A stretch of DNA of 57,253 bases from a bacterium (GCA_020047915.1 JAIFND010000079.1:1-57253), one strand, 5' to 3'; counted from the stretch's first letter, positions 1-10,338 are shown. The notes: generated by a model from the sequence alone, not told the origin. A program made the numbers and translations.

Positions 1-86
1 ACGGCTGACGGGCGACCCATGCGTGTACCTCCGCAAGGTATACGCCGGGGCCGCTTTGTTATTCAAGACATTTTAGGAGCAGGACA

Positions 87-1184
87 CTAGGACGGCTTAA
101 GCAGGTCGCGCCACGCCGATTCCCAGCGTTCGGCGACGGCGTCCCAGGTGTAGGAGAGGACGGCAGTGCGCGCGGCCATGCCGAGCGCGTGACGGCGGGC
201 GGGGTCGGCGGCGAGGTCGGCCACCGCTGCCGCGAAATCGGGTACGGTGTTCGGCACCGGCAGCACGCAGGCGCCGGCTGGGGCTAGGCAGTTGAGCACG
301 GCCCCGCCCGGTCGGCCGACGATCGCCAGACCGGAGGCCGCCGCTTCCAGCAGCACATTCCCCCACGGCTCGCCAGCGGGCGGAAACGCGAAGATGTCCG
401 CCGAGGCGTAGGCCTGACTTAGCGCGTTGCCGCTCAGGACACCGGGGAACACCGCCCACGGCAGCGCGGCGCGCAGGGCCGGCCCCTCGGGGCCGTCGCC
501 GACGATCACAGCCCGCAGCGCGGGGTGGCGCGCGCGTGCCGCCTGACAGGCCGCAACCAGGGCGCCTGGATCCTTGATCGATAGCAGCCGGCCGACCGAC
601 AGGATGACCGGGGTCTCGGGCGTTGCCCCCCACGCCAGACGCATGGACGGGTCACGCCAGCGGGGATGGAAATCCTCGGTATCAACCCCGCGCCCGATCA
701 CGGCGACGGACTCGACGCCCAGGCTCGCCAGCAACGCGGCTCCAGGCTGTCCCAGAGCCACGCTCAGGCTACAGCGGCGGTGAAAAGCGGCCATTTGTGC
801 CAGGACCCGGGATTCCGCCTCTGGCGATCCCGTCAATCTGTCGATGCGGTGGAAGGTGGCCGTGGTCGGCAGACCGAGTTGCGTGGCGGCATCGAGGGCG
901 GCCAGGCCGACATTGCCTGCCAGTTCGATGTGCACGAGGTCGGGTCGGCGGGTGGCCCAACGCCGGGCGAGCTCGCGCATGAACGCTGTGCGCACCGCGC
1001 GCAGTCGCTGCGCTGCGGCCTGCGCCTCACCAGGCGGTGGGGCCTCGGGGCAGGTGATCAGGGTCAGGTCGTGGCCGCGCGCCAGCAGGGCCTGGCGCCA
1101 GCGGGCGACGGCCAGGCCGGTCCCCGCGATCGCGGTGGCCGCCTCGCGGGTGAGGATCGCATCGACGCACAGGGGGTCGGACAT
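87..1184 (-). CDS. Glycosyltransferase family 4 (GT-B fold)
   Basis: Motifs GRGVDTEDFHP, ILSVGRL..IKD, IVGDGP, YASADIFAFP...EPWGNVLLEAAASGL. Start placed at ATG 1184 (MSDPL); the ORF is open to 1319. Confidence 0.85.
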   Translation of the reverse strand: MSDPLCVDAILTREAATAIAGTGLAVARWRQALLARGHDLTLITCPEAPPPGEAQAAAQRLRAVRTAFMRELARRWATRRPDLVHIELAGNVGLAALDAATQLGLPTTATFHRIDRLTGSPEAESRVLAQMAAFHRRCSLSVALGQPGAALLASLGVESVAVIGRGVDTEDFHPRWRDPSMRLAWGATPETPVILSVGRLLSIKDPGALVAACQAARARHPALRAVIVGDGPEGPALRAALPWAVFPGVLSGNALSQAYASADIFAFPPAGEPWGNVLLEAAASGLAIVGRPGGAVLNCLAPAGACVLPVPNTVPDFAAAVADLAADPARRHALGMAARTAVLSYTWDAVAERWESAWRDLLKPS

Positions 1185-1304
1185 GTGGGCAAACTCGGGC
1201 ATTGTTTCAAAATTCATAGAGTATGGCCATGCACCGACAGTTGCAAGCCAAAGCCTTGCGCTGTGTTTGCTCGGCGTATCACCTAATCCCCACTGGAGGT
1301 CGTC

Positions 1305-4300
1305 GTGAGGAACCGCCATCTCGTCCCCACTCTCGCCATGCTGGCCTTGGCCGGCATGTTGCCCGCCGAAGACGGTGTTGCTCCGGTCACAACCCTGGCT
1401 GTTGACGACACGCTCCTCACCCCTTTTTCGGACGGTGGTTCGGTCCCCGATGTCCTGGCCAGCGATGCCATTCCCCCAGACACGGCCATTGATCTATCGA
1501 CGCTATTCGGCCGATTTTACGCCTACTCCACCTCGACCTGGGTGAATTTCTCTGGTCGTCTGACAACGGCTGGCATCGCTGTCATTGCCGCACATAGCGA
1601 TGGGGCCGGGGATTGGGAGTACTACGATGGCACCTCTTGGCTTACCCTTCCTGGGGCGATCAGTGATGCAAACGCGTTCCTGATCCCACTTGGGAATAGC
1701 GAACCTTCGTATTTGCTCCGCTTCCACGCGTATGCCTCGTCCGGCGATGCCCGGCCGACGCTTTCCTTCCGCGCCTGGGATGGGACGAGCGGCACACCAT
1801 TGTCCATGGAGGACACTACCAATTCCGACCTCTTCGCCCCGCAAACCTACGGCGGATCACCGACGGCTTTTTCGGCCGAGACGCGTACTTTGACGGTGCA
1901 GGTCGTGGCGGAAAATGACAGCCCCGCACTGGTAAGCGACCCCGCGGCTCCGGAGATCATCGCCTTCATCCCCAAGACGGTGGGCGACCTCTTGGCCACT
2001 ACCGCCCCATTCACGGATCCTGATCCCGCGACGAATCTGGGAATCGCCATTGATAAATTCGACACGGTCGATGCTGGTTGGGAATACAGCCAGGATGGCG
2101 GAACAAACTGGTCGTCTCTGGCAACTGTCCAACCCGGGGCCGAAAGTGGCACGGTCTTTGTTCTGGGACCAGACGACCAACTCCGCTACACGGGAAGCGG
2201 CTCTGGATCGGAGCTGCTTACCCTCCACGCCTGGGATCAGACCATGGGGGCCCCCGGCGATACATTCGTCACGGACGGCAGCATCTCGGGCTCGTCGATT
2301 GGCGTAGTTGTCAATGCCAATAATCAGCCGGTGTTGGTATCCCCGTCCTCGCCCCCGTTCCCTCCATTGACCATCGATGTGCGCCGGGGAACGGATTATG
2401 AGCTGTCGCTGTCGGCTAGCGATATCGACACTGACGACCAGCTGACCTGGAGCGCAGCCTCGACCTCCTATAGTTCCGGTGGCACGGTTACCGTGGGGGA
2501 CAGTAGTGCGGCTGAAACCACGGCGACCTATGCCGCGCCAACCGACCCCACTGTCACCAGTGATGAGATCGAAGTCACGATTACCGATCTGGCCGGCAAC
2601 CAGGCCACCGCCCTCGTAACTGTGAATATCATCGAAAATGCCTCGCCGACCTGGACCGCCCCTGGCCCTTTCAATCTCGACGAGGTTACGGTCGGAGAGG
2701 AGGATCCATCCGGGACCTATTTGTCGGACCTGCTGATCAACGCGATCGACGACCTCGACGGCAATCCGGATGGCATTGCGATCATCGGCGCCACCACCAC
2801 CGGCTTTGGCACGTGGCAGATCGGGAATGATGTCGAAGGCATCTATTACAGCGACCTCGGCGAAGTCAGTGACAATGCGGCGATCCTCCTGGATTCCTTG
2901 GATTCCCGCCTGATCCGCTACCTGCCTGGCAGCAGCAATGAGACGGTGACCCTGACCATCCGGGCCTGGGATCAGACGAGCAACGACACCGATCTGACGA
3001 ATCCGGTAGACGGCGGCCATGTGTCGCTGGAAACCCGCACGATCACGGTCGTGGTGGCCGGCGCCAATGCCGCCCCGGAGATCACCAGCCATCCGACCTC
3101 GCAGAGCGTCATCACTGGCCGACCGCTGACCCTGACCTTTGCGGGCATGGATCCGGATGGCGACGCGTTGACCTGGACCCTGAGCGGCGACATCGCCGGC
3201 ACGGCCTACTCCGACGAAATCGCTGGGACCTCTCCGGAATTCTCGCTGACCGCCGGCAATCCCGGAAGCGGCACGCTCAACGTGACGGTGAGCGACGGTA
3301 CTGACAACGCGTCGATCGACATAAACGTCGAGGTGCTGGCCAACAACGCCCCGGCCATCATCAGCGCGGCCCCTGGCACCATCGCCATCTCCGGTCAGCC
3401 GTGGGAGGCCCTGGTGACAGCGACGGATGCCGATGCGGGCGATCTCGCCCTGCTCGCCGCCGGTGGAGTGCCGACCTCGTGGATGACGCTCAGCCAGCTG
3501 GGCGCTGGACGCTGGAAGATCCACGGCACGCCGGGCAACGGCAATGTGGACACCACGACCTCTTTCTTTTTCACGGTCTCCGACCCGTCGTCGGCCCAGG
3601 CTTCAGTCAGCTTCTCGGTGACGGTCCTCGACAGCAGCGTGCAGCCGGTGTCCGGCCCGCAGGTCCCGGTCTCGACCCCCGGTGCGGTGACCTACGCCTC
3701 GATCCATCCCGGCAGCAGCGCCAACCTGACCTCGTTGTCGGCGGCGCTGGCCCTGTCCGGACGCCAGCGCGCGCGCGGCTTCTGGTGGTCGCCGGGCGGC
3801 GCGGCCTTCGGCGAACTGCCGGCTTCGCCGGCCGATCCGGCCTCGGCCGGCATCTTCGTCGCCTCGCTCGATCCGCTGAATGTCACCTATGACGCGCCGA
3901 TCCACGCCGCCCCCTATGCGATCACCCTGCCGGCGAATTCGTGGAGCTTCATCGGCATCCCGCCGATCCAGCTCGATGCTGTCAGCAGCACGGCGACGAC
4001 CAGCCACGCGTGGGATGACTTTCGACTGGAGACGACGGCTGGCGTCCCGCTTGACGAGACTACCGTGCTGAGCGTCCTGGCCGGCACCAGCAACCTGGCC
4101 GACATCGAACCGTGGTCGTGGGATGGCACCGCCTACAACCGGGTTGAGACCCTGCAGACCGGCACCGCCTACTGGGTGCGCAATCGCAGCAGCACGACAT
4201 ATCGTCTGGTGCGCGCCACCAGCGGCGCATCTGGCACCTTCGGAACCATGGGTGTGCAGCCGTCGCCTGCCCCGGCCCCCATGGCGGTCAACCTGGCTCA

Positions 4301-4454
4301 AGCGCCCGAGACCCCGCCTGCCCCGCCCAGCGGCCTGGCCAGCCCGGCATCCCAGCCCGCCCAGCAGGCCGATGGCAGCTGCGGCGCCGGCGGCCTCGCC
4401 GGCCTGTTTGCCGCCACGTTGCTCGCCCTCGGACTGCGCCGGCGCCGGAACTGA
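1305..4454 (+). CDS. Large secreted surface protein with Ig/cadherin-like repeats and a C-terminal Cys-Gly-Gly/TM/Arg sorting signal
   Basis: Signal peptide. Three GIA(V/I)...W(E/Q)...AWD(G/Q)T repeats. NxxP..D.D.D.LTW cadherin/Big-like units. C-terminus CGAGGLAGLFAATLLALGLRRRRN. Confidence 0.8.
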   Translation: MRNRHLVPTLAMLALAGMLPAEDGVAPVTTLAVDDTLLTPFSDGGSVPDVLASDAIPPDTAIDLSTLFGRFYAYSTSTWVNFSGRLTTAGIAVIAAHSDGAGDWEYYDGTSWLTLPGAISDANAFLIPLGNSEPSYLLRFHAYASSGDARPTLSFRAWDGTSGTPLSMEDTTNSDLFAPQTYGGSPTAFSAETRTLTVQVVAENDSPALVSDPAAPEIIAFIPKTVGDLLATTAPFTDPDPATNLGIAIDKFDTVDAGWEYSQDGGTNWSSLATVQPGAESGTVFVLGPDDQLRYTGSGSGSELLTLHAWDQTMGAPGDTFVTDGSISGSSIGVVVNANNQPVLVSPSSPPFPPLTIDVRRGTDYELSLSASDIDTDDQLTWSAASTSYSSGGTVTVGDSSAAETTATYAAPTDPTVTSDEIEVTITDLAGNQATALVTVNIIENASPTWTAPGPFNLDEVTVGEEDPSGTYLSDLLINAIDDLDGNPDGIAIIGATTTGFGTWQIGNDVEGIYYSDLGEVSDNAAILLDSLDSRLIRYLPGSSNETVTLTIRAWDQTSNDTDLTNPVDGGHVSLETRTITVVVAGANAAPEITSHPTSQSVITGRPLTLTFAGMDPDGDALTWTLSGDIAGTAYSDEIAGTSPEFSLTAGNPGSGTLNVTVSDGTDNASIDINVEVLANNAPAIISAAPGTIAISGQPWEALVTATDADAGDLALLAAGGVPTSWMTLSQLGAGRWKIHGTPGNGNVDTTTSFFFTVSDPSSAQASVSFSVTVLDSSVQPVSGPQVPVSTPGAVTYASIHPGSSANLTSLSAALALSGRQRARGFWWSPGGAAFGELPASPADPASAGIFVASLDPLNVTYDAPIHAAPYAITLPANSWSFIGIPPIQLDAVSSTATTSHAWDDFRLETTAGVPLDETTVLSVLAGTSNLADIEPWSWDGTAYNRVETLQTGTAYWVRNRSSTTYRLVRATSGASGTFGTMGVQPSPAPAPMAVNLAQAPETPPAPPSGLASPASQPAQQADGSCGAGGLAGLFAATLLALGLRRRRN

Positions 4455-4456
4455 CC

Positions 4457-7400
4457 GTGGCCGACGCCCCCAAGCCGTCGCCGCGCGACGTGCAGGACAT
4501 GATCATGACGCGGCTCGCCAACGAGCCGCAGCCGGCCGAGCCGATGGCGGACACCAGTCCGACTGCGGATGCCGGGGCGGCGACGCGCGCGACCGAGGCC
4601 GCGTCGCCTGATGCCGCGACCGTGGTCGCCGCTGATCCCGACGCGACCCGGGCCTCGACCGGGCAGTCCTCGCAGACCCTGTCCGCGTCGGGCGCGCTGA
4701 CCGGTTCGACCCGGCGCGGCACCGGCACCTTCACCCGCCTCGGCCGCACGCGCACCAACGCGACGCTGCCACGCGACACCCAGGACCTCGACCTCAAGCT
4801 GCAGATGTCGCGCGGCAGCGTGCTGGCCGACCTCGGCCGGCTCGGCCCCGGCAGCCTCCCGCCCGGGGTGCAGAAGCTGATCGACGAGCACGGCACCGAG
4901 GGCCGCTACGCGGTGGACAAGCCGCTCGCGCAGGGCGGCATGGGCGCGGTGCTGCTGATCAAGGACGGTGACTTCCAGCGCCCAGCGGCGATGAAAGTGA
5001 TGCTGTCGCGCTACGCGCAGAACGCCGAGGCGATGGAGCGCTTCCTCGCCGAGGCGCAGGTGACGGCCCAGCTTGAACACCCCAACATCGTGCCGATCCA
5101 TGATCTCGGGATCATGGAGGATGGCACCGTGTACTTCACCATGAAGTACATCGAGGGCGAGTCGCTGGGCAGCGTGGTGAAGAAGCTGAAGAGCGAGGAC
5201 GCCGCGGTCGCCGCCAAGGCCGCCGCCGAGTGGAGCGACGAGCGCATCCTGCTGACCTTCCTCAAGGTCCTGGACGGGATGAGCTATGCCCACGCCAAGG
5301 GCGTGGTGCACCGCGACATCAAGCCGGACAACATCATGCTCGGCGGCCACGGCGAGGTCCTGGTGGTTGATTGGGGCATCGCCAAGGTCCTTGGCCGCGA
5401 TGAACTGGGCAAGACCCAGGACGTGGTGCACCTGCGCGATCAGGACGCGCTGTCGCTGACCCGCGAGGGCGCGACGATGGGCACCCTCTACTACATGCCG
5501 CCCGAGCAGGCGAGCGGCGAGCTGGCCGCGATCGGCCCGCATAGCGATGTGTACGCCCTCGGCGCCACGCTCTACGAGTTGCTGACGCGCAAGCGGCCGA
5601 TCAGCGGACCGACCGCTGCCGACATCATCGCCAAGGTGGTGCGCGGCGAGATCGTCCCGGTGTCCGAAGCGCGGCCTGATCTGCCCGCCGACCTCGCGGC
5701 CATCGTGATGAAGGCCATGGCTCTGGCGCCGGAGCGCCGCTACCCGCAGTGCGGTGCCTTCGCCGAGGATGTGCGGCGCTACCTGGCCGGACAGGCGGTG
5801 GCGGCACGCCAACGCAACCTGATCGAACGCATCGGCGCGTGGGTGGCGGCGCATCGCCGCCAGGTGCTGGCCGGCGCCGCCGGCGTGGTACTGGTCGCCG
5901 CCAGCACCGGGGCTGCGGTGTGGTGGACACGCAGCGCCGAAGCCCAGCGCCTGGCCGGCCTGGTCGCGCAGGCTGAAAGCGCCGCGGCCGCAGGCCGCTG
6001 GCAGCAGGCCTACGAGGCTGCGGCCCAGGCCGGCCAACTGCCCGCCGCCATCGCGATCAAGGCCAAGGCCGAGGCGGCGATCGATCAGGCCAAGCGCGAC
6101 GCCGTCGCTGCCGCCGCCGCCGAGGCGAACCGTGCCACCGCCCTGCGCCTCACCGCCGAGGCGCGCACCGCCAAGGGCGCGCAGCAGTGGGACACCGTGC
6201 GCGACAAGGCCAAGGCGGCGCTGGAGGCAGCGCCGATCGCCGAAGCCCAGGACCTGCTCGCCGAAGCCAGCGCTGCGCTGGCCGACGCACAGCGCCAGGA
6301 GCAGCGCGCCAAGGCCCTGACCCACAAAGCCGCCGGTGACGCTGCCCTGGCGACGGCGACGGCGCTGGCCCTGCTTGACCCCAAGCTGCCCGAGGCGATC
6401 TCCAGCGCCCGCGCGGCCTACGCACTGAGCGCCGCCGATGGTGTGGCGATCAGCGGGGTCGATGTCGCCTTGGCCAAGCTCGGCGAAATGCAGGCGCGCA
6501 GCGATCAGGAGACCAAGAACGAGGCGAAGCGCGTGGCCGAGGCCGCCGAGGTGGCGCGCCGGCGCACCCAGGCCGACGAGGCCCTGGCTGCGGCCGAGAC
6601 CGCGCTGGGTGCCGGCCAGCTTGATCAGGCCGCCGAGCAGGTCGCAGCGGCACGCAAGCTGGCGCCCGCCGACGAACGCGCCAACGCCCTGCGCGAGCGC
6701 GTGCTTGACGCCCTGCGCCAGCGCGAAGCGCAGCGCGCCGGCGAGGCCGCCCGTGCCCAGGCCCGGCGCAGTGCCGCCGACAGCCTGGCCACCGCACGAA
6801 CTGCCGCAGCCGCGATGCAGGCCGCAGCGCAGGAGCACGCCACGCGCAGCGCCGAGGCTGCCCGCCTCGAAACCGCCCTCGCCGCCGAGCCGGTCGAGCG
6901 CAAGCAGACGCTGTTCGCGGCGCGCGCCGCGGCGCAACAGGCGCGCGCCCAGGTCGCCGAGCAGTGGGCCCTGGCCGAAGGCGCGGCACGCGGCGCCCTC
7001 GATGCGCTGGCCGGTGAGCCGCAGCACGCTGATGCCCTCGCCGCCCGTGCCCTGCTCGTCGACCTGTATCGCGGCCGGCTGGGCGATGCGCGGCGCAGCG
7101 GCGCCCTGCCCGAGATCGCCGCCTTCACCAACCTGCTGCGCCGCCTGGGCAGCGACCCCGGCGCCACCGGTGAGGGCCGCCTGGCGCTCAGCGGTGCGGC
7201 CGGCACGCGGATTGCCATCCACCGCCTGGCTGAAGATGGCCTTGGCCGGCTGATCGCCGCCGCGGCGGCCCTGTCCGAGGCGACCCTGCCCAGTGCGGCG
7301 CTCGCCCTGCCGGCCGGCCGCTACGAACTGCGCGCCGGCGACGAACTGGCCAGCGTGGTGATCGGCGATGGCGTCGAGACAACCCTCGCCTGGGCCCCGG

Positions 7401-8122
7401 CCGACCGGCCGCAGATCCCCGGCCTGCGCCTGCGCTGGGTGCCGCACGGCCGCGGCTTCTGGCTGGCCGAGGACGAGGTGACGATCCGCCAGTACGCCAA
7501 CTTCCTGGCCGATGCCGCGATCGCCACCCAGGTGCGCGCCAGCTGGCTGGCCTACAAGCAGGACGACACGAAGTTCCTGAGCCTGTTCCCGCGCCAGGGC
7601 GGGGCGCCGGATGAAGCGGTGTGGCAGCCGGTGCCCGGCGCCGACGGTATCAGCCTGGCCAGCTGGACGCCCAAGCGCGACACCCTTGGCGAACCGCTGC
7701 GCGGTGTCTCGCGCGACGACGCCGTGGCCTACTGCCAGTGGCTCGGACGCGCCACCGGCCGCAGCGTACGCCTGCCGACCCTGGCCGAGTGGCGCGCTGC
7801 CGCCAACGGCGGCGACGACCGCCGCATCCATCCCTGGGGTCCGGGCTTCGACCATACGTTGGCCACCAGCGCCGTGCCCAAGAAAGACCACCCGCCGGTG
7901 GTTGGCAGCGCATCCAGCGATCGCGGTCCCTACGGCCACCGCGATCTCGCTGGCGGCGTGCGCGAGTGGGTCAGCGACGGCGGCCTGGTCTATGATGCGC
8001 GCATCGCCGGCGGTGCGTGGACCGACGAAGACCCCGCCCGCCTGCGCTGCGACTCGGTCGAAAGCACCTCCGCCTCCGCCACCTTCGCCGCCATCGGCTT
8101 CCGCATCCTGGTTGAACCATGA
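4457..8122 (+). CDS. Membrane Ser/Thr protein kinase with Ala-rich helical region and C-terminal FGE/SUMF1-like domain
   Basis: Kinase motifs [59 protein letters not shown]-like motifs [41 protein letters not shown]. Confidence 0.9.
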   Translation: MADAPKPSPRDVQDMIMTRLANEPQPAEPMADTSPTADAGAATRATEAASPDAATVVAADPDATRASTGQSSQTLSASGALTGSTRRGTGTFTRLGRTRTNATLPRDTQDLDLKLQMSRGSVLADLGRLGPGSLPPGVQKLIDEHGTEGRYAVDKPLAQGGMGAVLLIKDGDFQRPAAMKVMLSRYAQNAEAMERFLAEAQVTAQLEHPNIVPIHDLGIMEDGTVYFTMKYIEGESLGSVVKKLKSEDAAVAAKAAAEWSDERILLTFLKVLDGMSYAHAKGVVHRDIKPDNIMLGGHGEVLVVDWGIAKVLGRDELGKTQDVVHLRDQDALSLTREGATMGTLYYMPPEQASGELAAIGPHSDVYALGATLYELLTRKRPISGPTAADIIAKVVRGEIVPVSEARPDLPADLAAIVMKAMALAPERRYPQCGAFAEDVRRYLAGQAVAARQRNLIERIGAWVAAHRRQVLAGAAGVVLVAASTGAAVWWTRSAEAQRLAGLVAQAESAAAAGRWQQAYEAAAQAGQLPAAIAIKAKAEAAIDQAKRDAVAAAAAEANRATALRLTAEARTAKGAQQWDTVRDKAKAALEAAPIAEAQDLLAEASAALADAQRQEQRAKALTHKAAGDAALATATALALLDPKLPEAISSARAAYALSAADGVAISGVDVALAKLGEMQARSDQETKNEAKRVAEAAEVARRRTQADEALAAAETALGAGQLDQAAEQVAAARKLAPADERANALRERVLDALRQREAQRAGEAARAQARRSAADSLATARTAAAAMQAAAQEHATRSAEAARLETALAAEPVERKQTLFAARAAAQQARAQVAEQWALAEGAARGALDALAGEPQHADALAARALLVDLYRGRLGDARRSGALPEIAAFTNLLRRLGSDPGATGEGRLALSGAAGTRIAIHRLAEDGLGRLIAAAAALSEATLPSAALALPAGRYELRAGDELASVVIGDGVETTLAWAPADRPQIPGLRLRWVPHGRGFWLAEDEVTIRQYANFLADAAIATQVRASWLAYKQDDTKFLSLFPRQGGAPDEAVWQPVPGADGISLASWTPKRDTLGEPLRGVSRDDAVAYCQWLGRATGRSVRLPTLAEWRAAANGGDDRRIHPWGPGFDHTLATSAVPKKDHPPVVGSASSDRGPYGHRDLAGGVREWVSDGGLVYDARIAGGAWTDEDPARLRCDSVESTSASATFAAIGFRILVEP

Positions 8123-9243
8123 TCCGCACGACCCCGCTGCTCCTGCTCATCGCTCTCGGTTTCGCCGCCGAGCCCGAACCCGTCGCCCCGGCCCCCGCCG
8201 CCGAACCGGCGGTGACCCCGCCGCCCGCCGAGGCGCCGGTCACCCCCGCGCCGGTGGAAGCGGCGGTGACGCCACCGCCCGTCGAGACCACGGCCGTCCC
8301 GCCGCCGACCCCACTCGCGCCCCGGGCGCGGACGGGCGGCAGGGTGGCCCGCGTCGCCGGGGCGGCGCCCACCTGGGATGGGCGTCTGCGCATCGGTGCC
8401 GGCTGGGACTCGAACGCTCTGCTCGATAGCGACCCCGACACGGCGCAGTCGAAAACCTCGGTGTATAGCGGCGAGGCGGCTGTCGGCTGGCGTCCGGTCG
8501 CTGATCAGACCGACTACGTGAAGCTGACCGCCACGATCGGACAGGAGCAGCGGCCCCTGCTCGACGACCTGGACACCACCCGCCTGGCCCTGAGCGCAGC
8601 GGGGGCCAGCCAGGGTGAGACCCTGACCACCGGCGGCAGCATTTCAGCGGCGCGCTACTGGCTCGAAGGTGATGGTGCCGCTGCCGAACTACGTGGTGGC
8701 GCCAGCCTGGGCTGGTTGCGCCAGGACAGCGCCGATCTGCTGGCGCTTGAACTGGCGGCGATCCATTTCGACACCGGCACCGACCGGCCAGAAGGGGCCG
8801 AAGGCCTCTTCGACCTCGGCGATGCCGATGACCGCAGCGGTGTGCTGGTCGCCGGCAGCTGGCGGCATTGGTGGCAGCTTGGCGGCGGCAGCCGGCTTGA
8901 GGCCGGGGTGCGCGCCGGCCTCTTCTCGGCCAACAGCGAGGTCGAGAGTTATCAGCTCGCCCAGCCATTCATCGCACTGCGTCTGCGTCCGGCCGGCTGG
9001 GACATCAATGCCCGCGCTGCCGTCGAAGGCCGTGCCTATGATGGCTCGCGCGTCGCCGGCCAGGATGATGAGTCGGCGGTGATCGGCACCCTGGCGGCCA
9101 GTGCCGACCGCAAGCTGGCCGGCAACCTGTGGGCGGGCGCCACCGCCGGCCTGTCCGCACGCGACAGCTCGCTCAACGAACGTGACTACGAACGCTGGCA
9201 GGTCGGTGCCCGCCTGACCTGGACCTTTGCGGCCGAGGAATGA
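8119..9243 (+). CDS. Putative outer-membrane beta-barrel protein (DUF560/Slam-like or BBP-like)
   Basis: Signal peptide, Pro-rich linker, GAGWDSN barrel-start motif, alternating amphipathic strands, terminal strand RWQVGARLTWTF. ATGA overlap with the kinase stop. Confidence 0.7.
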   Translation: MIRTTPLLLLIALGFAAEPEPVAPAPAAEPAVTPPPAEAPVTPAPVEAAVTPPPVETTAVPPPTPLAPRARTGGRVARVAGAAPTWDGRLRIGAGWDSNALLDSDPDTAQSKTSVYSGEAAVGWRPVADQTDYVKLTATIGQEQRPLLDDLDTTRLALSAAGASQGETLTTGGSISAARYWLEGDGAAAELRGGASLGWLRQDSADLLALELAAIHFDTGTDRPEGAEGLFDLGDADDRSGVLVAGSWRHWWQLGGGSRLEAGVRAGLFSANSEVESYQLAQPFIALRLRPAGWDINARAAVEGRAYDGSRVAGQDDESAVIGTLAASADRKLAGNLWAGATAGLSARDSSLNERDYERWQVGARLTWTFAAEE

Positions 9244-9247
9244 CCCC

Positions 9248-10114
9248 ATGCGCCACCTGATCCTCCTCCTCTCCGCCACCGTCCTGTGCGCCGCCGATCC
9301 GGTCGGCCACTGGCGTTTCGGGCTCGGCTCGGTCGATGGCCAGCCGGCCCGCATCGGCACCATCGTGCTCACCGGCCAGCAGGTCGTGGCGGCGACGACC
9401 GCGCCGCTGCGTCTGGTCTGTCACGAGGCGCCCGGCATCACCACCATCCTCGCCCCCGGCTCGACCGGCCGCTTCCTGGTCGAAGGCCAGGCTGATGCGC
9501 GGACCCTGGTCCTCGAGTTGGAGAGCGGCGTGGCGCAGCTCGACATCACCGATCGTGCGCCCTACGCGGCCGTGCGTGTGCGCGGTGCGGCCCTCGACGT
9601 GCGTGTCACCGGCACGCTGTTCGTCGTCGAGCGCACCCGCCGCGACGCCGACTACATCGCCCTGGTGCGCGGCAAGGTCGTCGTCGGCCTGCGCCCGGAA
9701 GTCGCCAAGGCGCTGGGCAAGGCCGGCGAGATCGAACTGCTCGAACGCCAGGGCATGGCGGCGGACACCGCCAACGGACTGGGTTCGCCCAGCGAGATGA
9801 GCACCCGCCCGCAGGTCACCGCGATGGCGCCGCTGTCCGAGCAGGCCTCGGGACAGGGCACCGACTGGGATATCGACCTGGGAGCCGAACTGACCGGCGC
9901 CCTGCTCGAGAACAATGGTCTGGGCGATGTCCCGGGACCGGCCGATGAACTCGCTGGCGGCACCCCGTTCAGCGAAGTGGCCGAGGAACTGGTCGACAGC
10001 ATGGCCGAACTCGGTGCCCCGCCCGAATCGAGCGGCGACACGGCCAGCGAGATCGCCGGCGGATCGACGAGTGGCGCGCCGCCGCTCCTGCCCGGACCGC
10101 CCAGCCCTCCGTAA
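9248..10114 (+). CDS. Secreted FecR-domain protein with acidic/Pro-rich tail
   Basis: Signal peptide MRHLILLLSATVLCA. FecR-like LELESG..., VRVTGTLFVVE, IALVRGKVVV. Starts 4 bp after the barrel stop. Confidence 0.75.
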   Translation: MRHLILLLSATVLCAADPVGHWRFGLGSVDGQPARIGTIVLTGQQVVAATTAPLRLVCHEAPGITTILAPGSTGRFLVEGQADARTLVLELESGVAQLDITDRAPYAAVRVRGAALDVRVTGTLFVVERTRRDADYIALVRGKVVVGLRPEVAKALGKAGEIELLERQGMAADTANGLGSPSEMSTRPQVTAMAPLSEQASGQGTDWDIDLGAELTGALLENNGLGDVPGPADELAGGTPFSEVAEELVDSMAELGAPPESSGDTASEIAGGSTSGAPPLLPGPPSPP

Positions 10115-10125
10115 CGTGTGGTGAG

Positions 10126-10270
10126 CCTAAACGCAGCATTCCACACAGAGAACCAGAGCTACCAGAGGTCAAGACAAGGATTTGCGCGATTTCTTGGGTT
10201 CACCCGGACGGTGCATATTTCCCCTCTGGTCACTCTGGTGCTCTGTGTGACCGCTATCGCCGGGTTTAGG
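10126..10270. mobile_element. MITE copy 1 (145 bp)
   Basis: Termini CCTAAAC...GTTTAGG. Flanked by direct repeat GTGAG (10121-10125, 10271-10275). Near-identical to 15997-16145 and 54285-54449. Confidence 0.85.
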
Positions 10271-10338
10271 GTGAGTCGTCATGGGGAACGTACCGAGACG
10301 TATTCTCGGACTTCCCACATCCTGTTGCTGACCGGCTG

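Noticed and set aside
4298-7939. Very long antisense/alternate-frame ORFs (e.g. 4298-7939, 16413-19172, 50713-54192, 43866-46349, 32716-34521)
   Set aside because: Shadow ORFs of real high-GC genes. They have no motifs and overlap well-supported CDS.
7450-8122. FGE/CLec-fold C-terminus as a possible diversity-generating retroelement target
   Set aside because: No reverse transcriptase and no template-repeat copy of this region were seen in the window.
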